A stretch of DNA of 64,000 nt from Longimicrobiales bacterium (GTDB taxonomy: Bacteria > Gemmatimonadota > Gemmatimonadetes > Longimicrobiales > Gaopeijiaceae): the NCBI GenBank assembly GCA_965219445.1, contig CBDCNQ010000003.1, positions 288,001 to 352,000 on the forward strand, given 5' to 3'. The notes under the pieces were generated by a model. The model worked only from the letters and a program-made list of their open reading frames with translations. It was not told where the DNA came from and did not search any database. Each line of letters opens with the position of its first letter. Position 1 is the first letter of the stretch. The position numbers and the translations under genes are program-made. Below, one piece after another: positions 10,231 through 19,618 of the stretch.

Positions 10231-10929
10231 ATGCGATTCTGCGGCAAATGGACGGCGATCTTCGCCGTAACGACTCTGACCGCCTGCCAGGCCGGTGATA
10301 CGGCTTCCCTCGAGACCGATGACGAAATCGCCAGCTACGGCTTCGGACTGGACATCGGCCGCTCCCTCGAGCCCACCCGGTCTCATCTCGAGCGGGATGC
10401 CCTCTTCCGCGGCATCGAGGACATCCTCGACGGGCGTGACCCGGTGATTCCCCTAGAGCGACTCACTGAAGTGACGCAGCGTGTGGGGTCAATGATCCGA
10501 ATGGAACAAAATGCGGTGCGTGAGGCCATGACAGAAAGCAATAGGGTGGAGGGCGAGGCCTACCTCGCAACGAATGCCGATAAGGAGGGCGTGACCATTA
10601 CCGACAGCGGACTTCAGTACGAAGTCCTCCGAGAAGGTGAGGTAGGTGGCGCTCAGCCCTCACCGACGAATCAGGTGACGATCCACTACAGGGGGACCCT
10701 CATCGACGGAACGGAATTCGACAGTTCCTATTCGCGAGGGCAGCCTGCCACCTTCGGCGTGACCGGCGTCATTCCAGGCTTCAGTGAGGGCCTTCAGTTG
10801 ATGACAGTGGGGAGCCAATACCGTCTGGTCATTCCCTCGGATATAGCATATGGGCTGCAGGGCGCCGGAAGTGACATCGGACCCAACGCTGCGCTGATCT
10901 TCGAGATCGAACTCATCGAGATCATCTGA
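10231..10929 (+). CDS. FKBP-type peptidyl-prolyl isomerase, lipoprotein (FkpA/Mip-like)
   Basis: LTAC lipobox; SGLQYEV, HYRGTLIDGTEFDSSY.RG, LIFEIELI. Confidence 0.93.
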   Translation: MRFCGKWTAIFAVTTLTACQAGDTASLETDDEIASYGFGLDIGRSLEPTRSHLERDALFRGIEDILDGRDPVIPLERLTEVTQRVGSMIRMEQNAVREAMTESNRVEGEAYLATNADKEGVTITDSGLQYEVLREGEVGGAQPSPTNQVTIHYRGTLIDGTEFDSSYSRGQPATFGVTGVIPGFSEGLQLMTVGSQYRLVIPSDIAYGLQGAGSDIGPNAALIFEIELIEII

Positions 10930-10953
10930 CGCCCTCCTGGCCCGCCCTGGCGT

Positions 10954-11478
10954 CTACCAGCCGAACCGCGCCAGCACGGACTCGATGAACTCGGTCTTCG
11001 CCCGCAAGTATCCGGCGGCGTCGGCGTGCGGGGCGAGATCGATTTTGATCTTCGCGTAGGCGGTCCTGTCACCGGAGTCGTGCTTGAGCTGGTCGCGGAA
11101 AGCGAGGTGTCGACCAAGGTCGGGAGAACCCGCGACCGCAGCGTACAGGTGATGCGGCGAGAAGTCCCTCTTGTGCGCGAGAAACGGCACATCCGGCCCC
11201 TTTCGCCGGAAGGTCTCTAACCCCGGCACGCCTTGATCCCGTTCGTAGATGTAGCCCAACCGGTCGAGTCCACCCAAGAGGGCGGGCAAACCGGACTCTT
11301 CTGGAACGACGACGCACAGGTCGAGTAACGGCCTCGCCACGAGTCCCGGGACGGCGGTGCTCCCGAAATGTTCCACCTCGAAGGCCCCGCCCTCACCCTC
11401 CAGCTCGGAGCGGAGACAGTCACGGATTTCTCCAAAACGCTTTGGCCAATCCTCGTTGTAACCGGTTATCGTGATCAT
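10954..11478 (-). CDS. GrpB family nucleotidyltransferase-like protein
   Basis: EHFGSTAVPGL..RP..DL, HHLY, HLAFRD.L, Y...KTEFI; ATG overlaps the upstream stop (ATGA). Confidence 0.85.
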   Translation of the reverse strand: MITITGYNEDWPKRFGEIRDCLRSELEGEGGAFEVEHFGSTAVPGLVARPLLDLCVVVPEESGLPALLGGLDRLGYIYERDQGVPGLETFRRKGPDVPFLAHKRDFSPHHLYAAVAGSPDLGRHLAFRDQLKHDSGDRTAYAKIKIDLAPHADAAGYLRAKTEFIESVLARFGW

Positions 11479-12977
11479 CCCACGGTAGCCTCCGCTTCGA
11501 TCCCGACCAGGTACTCGTCTCCGATGAGACCCGCCTGGATCATTGTATTGGCAGGCCGTATGTGACCAAACCGCTCTCCATGCACCCGAGCCACGGCTTT
11601 CCACATGGAAGCATCTCGAATATACACCCGAGTGCGGACCACATCCTCGAGATTTGCTCCAAGAGACTTGAGCGCACCCTCGATCTTGTCGATCGCAAAA
11701 TGTGCCTGGGCTTCCGGGTCCGCTCCCCCGATCACGCGTGACCTGTGGGTCGCCGTCGTGCCCGAAATCCACACGTCACCGTGTGACCGAACTGCACGGC
11801 TGAACCCAGCGGTCTCCTCCCACGCCGTCCCGGTGAGAACCATGCTCCGACGATCAGCGCCCCGTTTCGTCTCATACGGGCGAGGAAAGGCCTCGAGGTC
11901 TCGGTCCGGATCACCGGTGGCCGTGAGGAACGGGGCCCTTCGATACTCATCCCCGCAGTCGCCGGGAAGGGGATCGAGTCTCGTCATCGCGTACTCGATG
12001 TCCGATCGATCCTTCTTCGTGAGCGACAACCCGAAAACTCTCAGGTTGTCCTGTATGTGCTCCTTCTCCCCGACTCGGGCTCCAATGATGATCGCGCCGA
12101 CGGCAGGCAGATCGAGCATGTAGCGACATGCGACGTTGGCGATGGAGGCTTTGCGCTTCTTCGCGACACCGTCCAGAGTTTGGAGGATGTGCTGAAAGGC
12201 GTCCCATCCCCCCGCCGCTTGGATGAGACGCCAGTACTTCGCCTCCGACCACGTCTTCAAGTCCTCGAGCTCTGGCTCAGCCGCCCCCAGCCAACGCTTC
12301 GTGAGCAGGCCTCCGGCCAGGGTCCCGTATACCAAGAGTTTGATATCGTGCCTGAGGCAAAGATCCGTCATGCCGATTCGAGCTCTTTGGTCGAAAATGG
12401 AATACGAAACCTGGTTGGACACGACATCGATTCCACTGGTCAGCGCGATGCGGAGATGGGCGGTATCGAAGTTCGTGAGTCCGAGCTGGCCGATGAGTCC
12501 CTCCTCCTTCAGGTCCTGAAGCCAAAAGAGGCAATCGAGCCAAGCCGGGTCAGCGTAGCTCCAAGCGTCGAACTGAAGAATGTCGATTTGTTCGGCCCCC
12601 ATCCGGCGCAGCGACCGTTGCACCGCCCCACGGACATCCTCGAAGTTGATGGGGCCGGGCTCAGGCACCCACGTCGTAATCAGTTGCGCCTCGGAACCCC
12701 GTGGGTGCCGCGCATGGAGGCGTCCGGCGATCACTTCCGCGGATCCATAGCCGTCCGCCATCGCGAAGGTCGTGAGGCCCGCTTCGAGATAGGGAACCAG
12801 AGCATCGGACGTAACGTCGGGATCGAGCGCATCACCGTCGCGCTCCATGTCCGCGATCTGCCAGAGTCCGGTTGATATCCTCGATACAGTGAATCCCGGC
12901 GCTAACCCGACGCGCTCCACAGCATCATCCATCGGCCCGCTTATCGGCCTTCGCATCGGCCTACCCATCGGCGTCAT
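11475..12977 (-). CDS. Aldo/keto reductase-like domain fused to C-terminal Rid (YjgF/UK114) domain
   Basis: SRISTGLWQ, GLTNFD, SNQVSYS, YGTLAGG; C-terminal GFSRAVR..ISGTT..DVVRTRVY..RPANT. Confidence 0.85.
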   Translation of the reverse strand: MTPMGRPMRRPISGPMDDAVERVGLAPGFTVSRISTGLWQIADMERDGDALDPDVTSDALVPYLEAGLTTFAMADGYGSAEVIAGRLHARHPRGSEAQLITTWVPEPGPINFEDVRGAVQRSLRRMGAEQIDILQFDAWSYADPAWLDCLFWLQDLKEEGLIGQLGLTNFDTAHLRIALTSGIDVVSNQVSYSIFDQRARIGMTDLCLRHDIKLLVYGTLAGGLLTKRWLGAAEPELEDLKTWSEAKYWRLIQAAGGWDAFQHILQTLDGVAKKRKASIANVACRYMLDLPAVGAIIIGARVGEKEHIQDNLRVFGLSLTKKDRSDIEYAMTRLDPLPGDCGDEYRRAPFLTATGDPDRDLEAFPRPYETKRGADRRSMVLTGTAWEETAGFSRAVRSHGDVWISGTTATHRSRVIGGADPEAQAHFAIDKIEGALKSLGANLEDVVRTRVYIRDASMWKAVARVHGERFGHIRPANTMIQAGLIGDEYLVGIEAEATVG

Positions 12978-13220
12978 CCTCCGGTGTCATCATCCTCTGA
13001 ACAGTCCCGATCCGAAGAAGGGACGGTGACGGTTGTCCATTCCGACACGCTCGAAGTGGATTCGAGGTGGGACCGTGTGCATGAGGTTGGCGATGGTTCG
13101 AGAAAAAATCCAGTACCGGGGAGCCCCGTCCTCGGCGAGCATCGGCCATTCGACGGGCCTCTTGTGCTTGAGCCCCGCGCAAGAAACTATGGGAGGAACT
13201 CGAGACACCTAAAACGCAAC

Positions 13221-16200
13221 ATGACGAACACCATCCCACCACGACCCCTCGTGGGCCGCACCCACGAGCTCGACGTCCTCGGCCGAGCCCTCACTTCGGC
13301 ACAGGGTGGATCGGGAGCAGCGATCTTCCTCAAGGGCGATACGGGCACCGGCAAGTCACGTCTCGCATCCGCGGTGGTCGAAGAGGCCACACGCGTCGGC
13401 TTCGAGACCATAAGCGGTCAGGCGTATCGCATGGACACCGGCGTTCCCTATGGGCTCTGGTCCAACGCGTTTTTTCCGAGGTTGCGGGAGATGGACGACG
13501 CCACGTTGACGGTGTTGACCCGCGGAGGCGCAGAAGAACTCTCGATCGTGGTGCCGGGGCTACGTTCCGGTGGTGCCGCTGAGCCCGTCTTTTCGTCGGC
13601 GGGTCCCGGCGAGCTTCGAACACGCATTCAGTGGAATTTCACCGAATTGCTGCGAGGGCTGAGCAGGAAGAGTCCGCTTCTGGTCGTGCTCGACGACCTC
13701 CATTGGAGCGATCCCTCGGGCCTGGACCTGTTTCACTTCGTTTCACGCCAAGTCACCGAGGTTCCCCTCGTTCTCCTAGGTGTGTACAACACGAAGGAGC
13801 TCGTCCACAATCCGGCTTTCCAAACGATGGAGCGACCGCTGCTGTCCGTTTCGGGCTCAGAGGCGCTGGACATCGGACCGCTCTCGGTCGACGAATCGGT
13901 GGACTTGGTTCTCGGCACGTTTCAAGCCGACGCCGGCATTGCGGAACCGCTGGCGCGGCGTGTCCATGAACGCGCGGCAGGGAATCCCTACTTCGTGGAG
14001 GAGATTCTCAAATCACTCGTGGACTCGGGAAGGCTCTTTCTACAGGACGGACGGTGGTTGGGTTGGGAGGTGGCGGATCTGGACCTCCCGGCGTCGGTCA
14101 CGGAGGCGGTTTCTGCCCGATTCGGCGAGTTGACCTCCGCGGCACGAGAGGTCGCGAATGTCCTGGCGGTGGCAGACACCCGGGTAGACCACGGGCTCCT
14201 CAGCACGGTGACCGATCAGGCCGAGGTCGACGTTCTTGCGGGCCTGGATCAACTGCGGACAGAGCAGCTCATCGAAGAGGCAACCGAGGGAGCGCACATC
14301 GTATACCGGTTCGTACATCCCTTGGTGCAGGAAGTCATCTACACCGAGATGGGGCTCGCCCGTGCTCGAGCCCTCCATCAGGGAATGGGCGAGGCATTGG
14401 AGCACGGAGAGGCATCGGTGATCGACGATCCGGCCCATGCCCTGGCCTATCACTTCTCCCGCGCCGGGGGTGATGACCCTCGGGTCGTACGGTACCTGGC
14501 GGCCGCGGGACGAGACGCGCTGGAAAGCCGGGCAAACCGCGAGGCCGAACGGTTCTTGAGGGAGGCGACGGAGCGGGTCGAGGCCGGAGCATTCACGGAA
14601 GAAGATACGGGCGTTGAGATACTCCGGCTGGAAGAGGATCTCGCGGGAGTGCTCCAACGACTCGGCGAGTACGGCCGAGCCGCAGACCATTGGAAGGCAG
14701 CCTTGAAGATCACCGTCGAGCGCAAGGACGACGCGCGCGCGGCCGCCCTCCACCGCCGGATTGGGCAGGCTGCATATTTCCGCGGCCTGTACCAGGAGGC
14801 AGTGAGCTCGTACACCGAGGGGCTGGAGTACGCTAAGGCGGCGGGTGATCGGTCCATCGAAGCCCACCTCCGTTTGTACATGGGGATCGCTCTTCAAGAC
14901 CAGGGGAATGCCGACGAAGCGCGGGAAGAGATGGAGACCGCACTGGCTGTCGCCGAAGCTGTGGCGGACCCGGGTCTGTTGGCCAGGGTCCGGCGTGGGC
15001 TGATGACCCATCACACCTGGCTTGGAAATATCGAGGAGGTGCGCGAGCACGGGCGCGAGGCCATCACCCTGTCCCAGCAGGCCGGAGACCGGCAGATCAC
15101 GTTCTGGGTCTATTGGCAGCTGGCGGTTCTCGAGGGCTTCCTGGGCGAAACCGAAGTGATGGACCGCCGCATTCAGCAATGTCGTGAAATCGCGAAGGGG
15201 CTGCGGTCTCCGGTTTTGGATCTCTGGACCTCGGACGTTTTGCTCGAACACGCGATGGCCGCAGGGGAGTGGGAGAACGGCATCGCCCTCGGAGAGCAGG
15301 CGGTGGCCCGGGCACGGTCTCTCGGGCAGGACGCACTCCTTCCGCGGCTTCTGGTGTTCCTTTCGCTGATCTACCTCGGGCGCGGAGAGATCGAGCGCGG
15401 CCGAGCTTGCGTGGACGAAGCGTGGACGATGTCCGGCGCCTCCTCCGGCGACCACTCCCGAGTGCACCTGGTGGTGCCAGCTCATATCGGGATGGCCGCT
15501 TACCATGTAGCTGCTGGAGAGTATGAGGAAGCGATTCGCGTCGGTGAAGCGGGGTTGGCCATCGCAGAGAACACCGGGTTCATCATCTGGGCGGCACATC
15601 GTCTTCTGCCGTTGATCGGCGAGGCATACCTGCAGATCCATGACGCGGCGGCCGGCAGCCACATCGAGCAGCGCATGCGGCGTTATGGCAAAAAGATCGG
15701 CACCCGAACCGGCTTGGCTTGGCTCAGCGCTTTCGAGGCAGTCAAGATCTGGTACAGTGGCGATATCGAACGAGCCACCGTGTTGCTACGCAAGGCCGCC
15801 GAAAGCCTCGAGGAGGTGCCCATGATCTACGACGCGGCTCGCCTGAGGAGACAACTGGCCGGCAGGCTCGCGGATCTCGGCAAGAAAGACGCCGCCCTTC
15901 AGGAGCTCCGTCGGGTGCATGACGTCTTCCAAAAAATCGGCGCGCAGCCGGAACTGAAGAAGACGCGCGGGATGTTCAGTGAGTTGAACACCCGGCCCCC
16001 GAGCATATCCAAGGGCACCGGAGCGGCGGCCCTGTCACAGCGGGAATTGGAGATCGCACGCCTGGTGGCTCGACGAAAGTCGAACAAGGCCATCGCCAAG
16101 GAGTTGGGGATCTCACCGCGAACGGTGAGTACGCACCTTTCCAACGTGTTTCAGAAGCTCGAGATCGGATCCCGCGGAGAGCTGGCCGACTACGCCAGGG

Positions 16201-16235
16201 AGCACAGTCTACTCTCCGGCGAAGCGGGGGGGTAG
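13221..16235 (+). CDS. STAND/AAA ATPase-TPR-LuxR transcriptional regulator (MalT/LAL-like)
   Basis: LVGR..EL, Walker A GDTGTGKS, Walker B LDDLHW, GNPYF, C-terminal LSQRELEIARLVA..SNKAIA..LGISPRTV..HL. Confidence 0.92.
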   Translation: MTNTIPPRPLVGRTHELDVLGRALTSAQGGSGAAIFLKGDTGTGKSRLASAVVEEATRVGFETISGQAYRMDTGVPYGLWSNAFFPRLREMDDATLTVLTRGGAEELSIVVPGLRSGGAAEPVFSSAGPGELRTRIQWNFTELLRGLSRKSPLLVVLDDLHWSDPSGLDLFHFVSRQVTEVPLVLLGVYNTKELVHNPAFQTMERPLLSVSGSEALDIGPLSVDESVDLVLGTFQADAGIAEPLARRVHERAAGNPYFVEEILKSLVDSGRLFLQDGRWLGWEVADLDLPASVTEAVSARFGELTSAAREVANVLAVADTRVDHGLLSTVTDQAEVDVLAGLDQLRTEQLIEEATEGAHIVYRFVHPLVQEVIYTEMGLARARALHQGMGEALEHGEASVIDDPAHALAYHFSRAGGDDPRVVRYLAAAGRDALESRANREAERFLREATERVEAGAFTEEDTGVEILRLEEDLAGVLQRLGEYGRAADHWKAALKITVERKDDARAAALHRRIGQAAYFRGLYQEAVSSYTEGLEYAKAAGDRSIEAHLRLYMGIALQDQGNADEAREEMETALAVAEAVADPGLLARVRRGLMTHHTWLGNIEEVREHGREAITLSQQAGDRQITFWVYWQLAVLEGFLGETEVMDRRIQQCREIAKGLRSPVLDLWTSDVLLEHAMAAGEWENGIALGEQAVARARSLGQDALLPRLLVFLSLIYLGRGEIERGRACVDEAWTMSGASSGDHSRVHLVVPAHIGMAAYHVAAGEYEEAIRVGEAGLAIAENTGFIIWAAHRLLPLIGEAYLQIHDAAAGSHIEQRMRRYGKKIGTRTGLAWLSAFEAVKIWYSGDIERATVLLRKAAESLEEVPMIYDAARLRRQLAGRLADLGKKDAALQELRRVHDVFQKIGAQPELKKTRGMFSELNTRPPSISKGTGAAALSQRELEIARLVARRKSNKAIAKELGISPRTVSTHLSNVFQKLEIGSRGELADYAREHSLLSGEAGG

Positions 16236-16265
16236 GTTCAAAGCCAAAAGACGCCCTCTTCACCG

Positions 16266-16991
16266 ATGATCAGAGGCATCAATAGGATGCGACACCCCCT
16301 GTGTACTCTCCTGGCCGTCTCCATCCTTGCGTGCGGTGGCGGAAACGGCCTGTCCGAATCTACAGAGTCCGATCGGGTCCTTTCGCCGGAGGAGTTGGCC
16401 GCCATCGCGCACCAGGCGGTCTGGGAGCCCTCGGCCGCGGACCTCGCAGCCCAGGCACCGGATTCGTTCATGGCGACGTTCGAGACGAGCGCCGGAGATT
16501 TCGTCGTGGAGTTCTATCGTGATTGGGCGCCCCTGGGGGTCGATCGCGTCTACCACCTCACCCGCTACAACTTCTACGCGGGAAGCCGGTTCTTTCGCGT
16601 AAACCCCGGGTTGGTCCAGTTCGGCCTGACCGGCCAGCCCCCACTCGACTCCATATGGGTGAACCTCACGATCCCGGACGATCCGCTCGTTCGAAGCAAC
16701 ACACGAGGGATGGTCTCGTTCGCAAAGGCCGGTCCCGGCTCGCGAAATACCCAGTTGTTCATAAATCGGCAGGACAATCCCATCTATGATACATGTTGCT
16801 CGGGCGGATTCCCGCCAGTAGGCAGAGTGGTGAGCGGCATGGAGATCATCGATTCTTTCTACGCCGGCCACGGCGAGGCGCCGGTGAGGTACCAAGACTC
16901 GATCATGATCGCGGGCAACGAGTTCCTGGATCAACGTTTTCCCCAGCTCGATACGATCACAGCGACCCGGGCGGTAGAGCCGAGAGAGTAG
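16266..16991 (+). CDS. Cyclophilin-type peptidyl-prolyl isomerase, lipoprotein
   Basis: ILAC lipobox; WAPLG..R, RFFRV..VQFG, RGMVSFA..GP.SRNTQLFIN, GF.P.GRV..GM. Confidence 0.9.
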   Translation: MIRGINRMRHPLCTLLAVSILACGGGNGLSESTESDRVLSPEELAAIAHQAVWEPSAADLAAQAPDSFMATFETSAGDFVVEFYRDWAPLGVDRVYHLTRYNFYAGSRFFRVNPGLVQFGLTGQPPLDSIWVNLTIPDDPLVRSNTRGMVSFAKAGPGSRNTQLFINRQDNPIYDTCCSGGFPPVGRVVSGMEIIDSFYAGHGEAPVRYQDSIMIAGNEFLDQRFPQLDTITATRAVEPRE

Positions 16992-17001
16992 CCGGTACGG
17001 G

Positions 17002-18954
17002 CTACCCGATCTCCCCCTCCGCATCCTCCCACTCTGCCATCAGGTCGGCGACCTCATTTTGAAGCGAGCTGCGCTCGGTCTCCAACGCCTTCACCTCGTC
17101 CGGCGGAGTTCGTTCGTAATACTTGGGTTCGCAGAACACTTCATCGATCTCGGCCACGCGAGCTTCTGCTTCTTCTATGGAGGCCGTCAGCTCTTCCTGG
17201 CGCGTCAAGAGCTGTGTCCTTCGGGCCTTCGAGATACCATCCGCGGGTTTCACCTTCCGCCCGTTACCCCTCTCGACCTGCCCATCTCCGGCGCCATCCT
17301 TCCTCTTCTTCGTCCGCTTCTCTGTCTTCGCCTTGAGGATCACACGATCGGCGTCGAGGTGATCGTCCCCGCAGAAGTGCACGTACTCCTCATAGGTCCC
17401 GTGATAGTCTTGGACCTCTTCCGGCTTGATCTCTACGATACGGGTCGCCAAACGGCTGATGAACCAGCGGTCGTGCGACACCAGGATGAGGGTCCCGGGG
17501 AACGCCTTGAGACCCTCGACGAGCGCCTCGATCGACTCGAGATCCAGGTGGTTGGTGGGCTCATCCAACACCAACACGTTCGGTCGTGCGATCGACAATC
17601 GAGTGAACACCAGCCGTGCGGCTTCACCGCCTGAAAGCGCGCTCAGGCGCTTCTTGGAATCGTCCCCGGAAAAGAGCATGAGCGCCAGCCGCGCTCGCAC
17701 ATAGCCAATATCCCTCTCCGGGCAAGAATCCCAAACCCAGCCCTCGGCCGTATTGTGGAGAGGATCGAACTGCTCCTGGTGATCCTGTGCGAAATACGCA
17801 GGGTGAGTCTCGTATCCCCACTCGACCTCGCCCTGGTCCGCATCGAGCTCACCCATGATGATCTTGAGGAGTGTGGATTTTCCGATGCCGTTCGGCCCCA
17901 TGACGGCTAGCCGCTCCCCGCGCTGCACCAGGAGATCCACCCCATGGAGCACGTGGTTGTCGCCGAAGGCCTTTTCCACGCCTTTGATCTTGAGGACGTC
18001 GCGGCCGCTATCTCTAACTTGCTCGAATCGAAAAGTCGGATAGCGGCGGGAGCTGGGAGCGAGCTCGCTCAACCCCTCCGCTTTCTTCTCGATCATGCGC
18101 ACCTTGCTCTGTGCCTGACGTGCCTTGCTCGCCTTCGCACGGAAGCGATCCACAAACTTTTGGTGATGCGCGATCTCGCGTTCTCTAGCGGCGATCCCCT
18201 TCTCCCGGCGTTCCCGCTCGGCCTGCTTCGCCTGGAGAAACGTCGTGTAATCGCCGTGATACAGGAGTATGGACTCGTAGTCGACATCGAGGATGTGCGT
18301 GCAGACATTGTCGAGAAAGCGGTGATCGTGGGAGATCACGACCACGGGCCCAGCGAAGTCGCGCAGGAACATCTCCAGCCACCGGATCGAGAGGATGTCG
18401 AGGTGGTTCGTCGGCTCGTCGAGGAGCAGCACATCGGGAGCGCCGGCTAGAACCTGCGCGAGTAACACACGGAGCTTGAACCCACCGGAGAGCGTGGACA
18501 GTGGATCCCGGTGAATGTGGCCCGGAAGACCGAGGCCCTCCAGGATCTTCGTTGCCCTGGCCTCCGCCGTGTAGCCATCGTAACGCTGCACGGTCTCTTC
18601 CAACTCCGAGAAGCGATCTGCGTCGAAGTAGTCCTCGGCCTTCGCCAGGAGGCCCTCCTTTTCCATCATGGCCTCCCAGAGCTCGGCGTTGCCCATCATA
18701 GTAACCACGAGGATCTCCTCGTCCTCGTACAAGAACTGATCCTGGCGCAAGACACCGAGCCGGAGTCGCTTGGGAATGGTTACCGCACCCTCACTGGCCT
18801 CCAACTCACCGCTCACGATGTCCAGGAAGGTCGTTTTACCGGAGCCGTTGGCACCCACGAGTCCGTAGCGCTCCCCCGCCTTGAGCTGAAGGGATGCGGC
18901 GGAAAAGAGCGTGCGATCGCCGTAGAACTTGGCGAGGTTCGAGATGGAGATCAT
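17002..18954 (-). CDS. ABC-F family ATP-binding protein
   Basis: Two NBDs (GANGSGKT, GPNGIGKS; LSGG; LDEPTNHLD), no TM segments, coiled-coil tail. Confidence 0.95.
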   Translation of the reverse strand: MISISNLAKFYGDRTLFSAASLQLKAGERYGLVGANGSGKTTFLDIVSGELEASEGAVTIPKRLRLGVLRQDQFLYEDEEILVVTMMGNAELWEAMMEKEGLLAKAEDYFDADRFSELEETVQRYDGYTAEARATKILEGLGLPGHIHRDPLSTLSGGFKLRVLLAQVLAGAPDVLLLDEPTNHLDILSIRWLEMFLRDFAGPVVVISHDHRFLDNVCTHILDVDYESILLYHGDYTTFLQAKQAERERREKGIAAREREIAHHQKFVDRFRAKASKARQAQSKVRMIEKKAEGLSELAPSSRRYPTFRFEQVRDSGRDVLKIKGVEKAFGDNHVLHGVDLLVQRGERLAVMGPNGIGKSTLLKIIMGELDADQGEVEWGYETHPAYFAQDHQEQFDPLHNTAEGWVWDSCPERDIGYVRARLALMLFSGDDSKKRLSALSGGEAARLVFTRLSIARPNVLVLDEPTNHLDLESIEALVEGLKAFPGTLILVSHDRWFISRLATRIVEIKPEEVQDYHGTYEEYVHFCGDDHLDADRVILKAKTEKRTKKRKDGAGDGQVERGNGRKVKPADGISKARRTQLLTRQEELTASIEEAEARVAEIDEVFCEPKYYERTPPDEVKALETERSSLQNEVADLMAEWEDAEGEIG

Positions 18955-18974
18955 GGGGGAAGAAGGATAGCGGC

Positions 18975-19463
18975 TCAGTTTCGGATGCAGCAGCCGGCAT
19001 CCGTCGAAACGCCAGCGCACGCGGCACCGGAGAGACGGGCGATCGACTCTATGACCACCTTACGCTCTTCCGGACTCAGGTCGGCGAGGACCTGTGCACG
19101 CTCCTCGAGCAAATCTCGCTCGATGCGGTCATACAGCGCATTGCCGCGTTTCGTGATCTCCAGCTGGACGTAGCGGGCATCCTCCACCCGGGGCTTTCTC
19201 TTGATGTATCCTTTTCGTTCGAGGCCATCTGCGAGCCTGCTGGCGCTGCTCTTTTCCAAGAATAGAGAGGCGGCGAACTCATTGAGGGTCATTGGACCAC
19301 CCTTCGCCAGGCGTTCCAGTCCGTGACTCTGGCCCGTCGAAACGTCGTAGCAGCACATCGCGTCCCGATCCCGGAACTGGTATACGCGAAACAGATCTGT
19401 CAGCACCAGCTGGAGTGCTGCAGCATCTCGTTCGAGATCCTCACGACCCCCAAGATTTGGCAT
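18975..19463 (-). CDS. MarR family regulator with vicinal Cys pairs
   Basis: wHTH (SSASRLADGLERKGYIKR..DAR..LEIT..G); AMCC near N-terminus, GCC at C-terminus. Confidence 0.85.
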   Translation of the reverse strand: MPNLGGREDLERDAAALQLVLTDLFRVYQFRDRDAMCCYDVSTGQSHGLERLAKGGPMTLNEFAASLFLEKSSASRLADGLERKGYIKRKPRVEDARYVQLEITKRGNALYDRIERDLLEERAQVLADLSPEERKVVIESIARLSGAACAGVSTDAGCCIRN

Positions 19464-19536
19464 CGAGACCCTCTTATTCCCGGTTGAGCCGCGCCGAGGA
19501 TATCTCACCGCACGTCAAAACAGGAGTCAAACCATA

Positions 19537-19553
19537 AGTTGCAAGACTCAACT
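19537..19553. promoter_or_regulatory. Probable MarR operator AGTTG-N7-CAACT
   Basis: Inverted repeat in the AT-richer stretch just upstream of marR. Confidence 0.6.
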
Positions 19554-19618
19554 GTATACGGGACGACGGCTCGAATCAAGAAGAAACCAGCGCGTGGGGT
19601 TGGGAAATCCCTGAAGAA

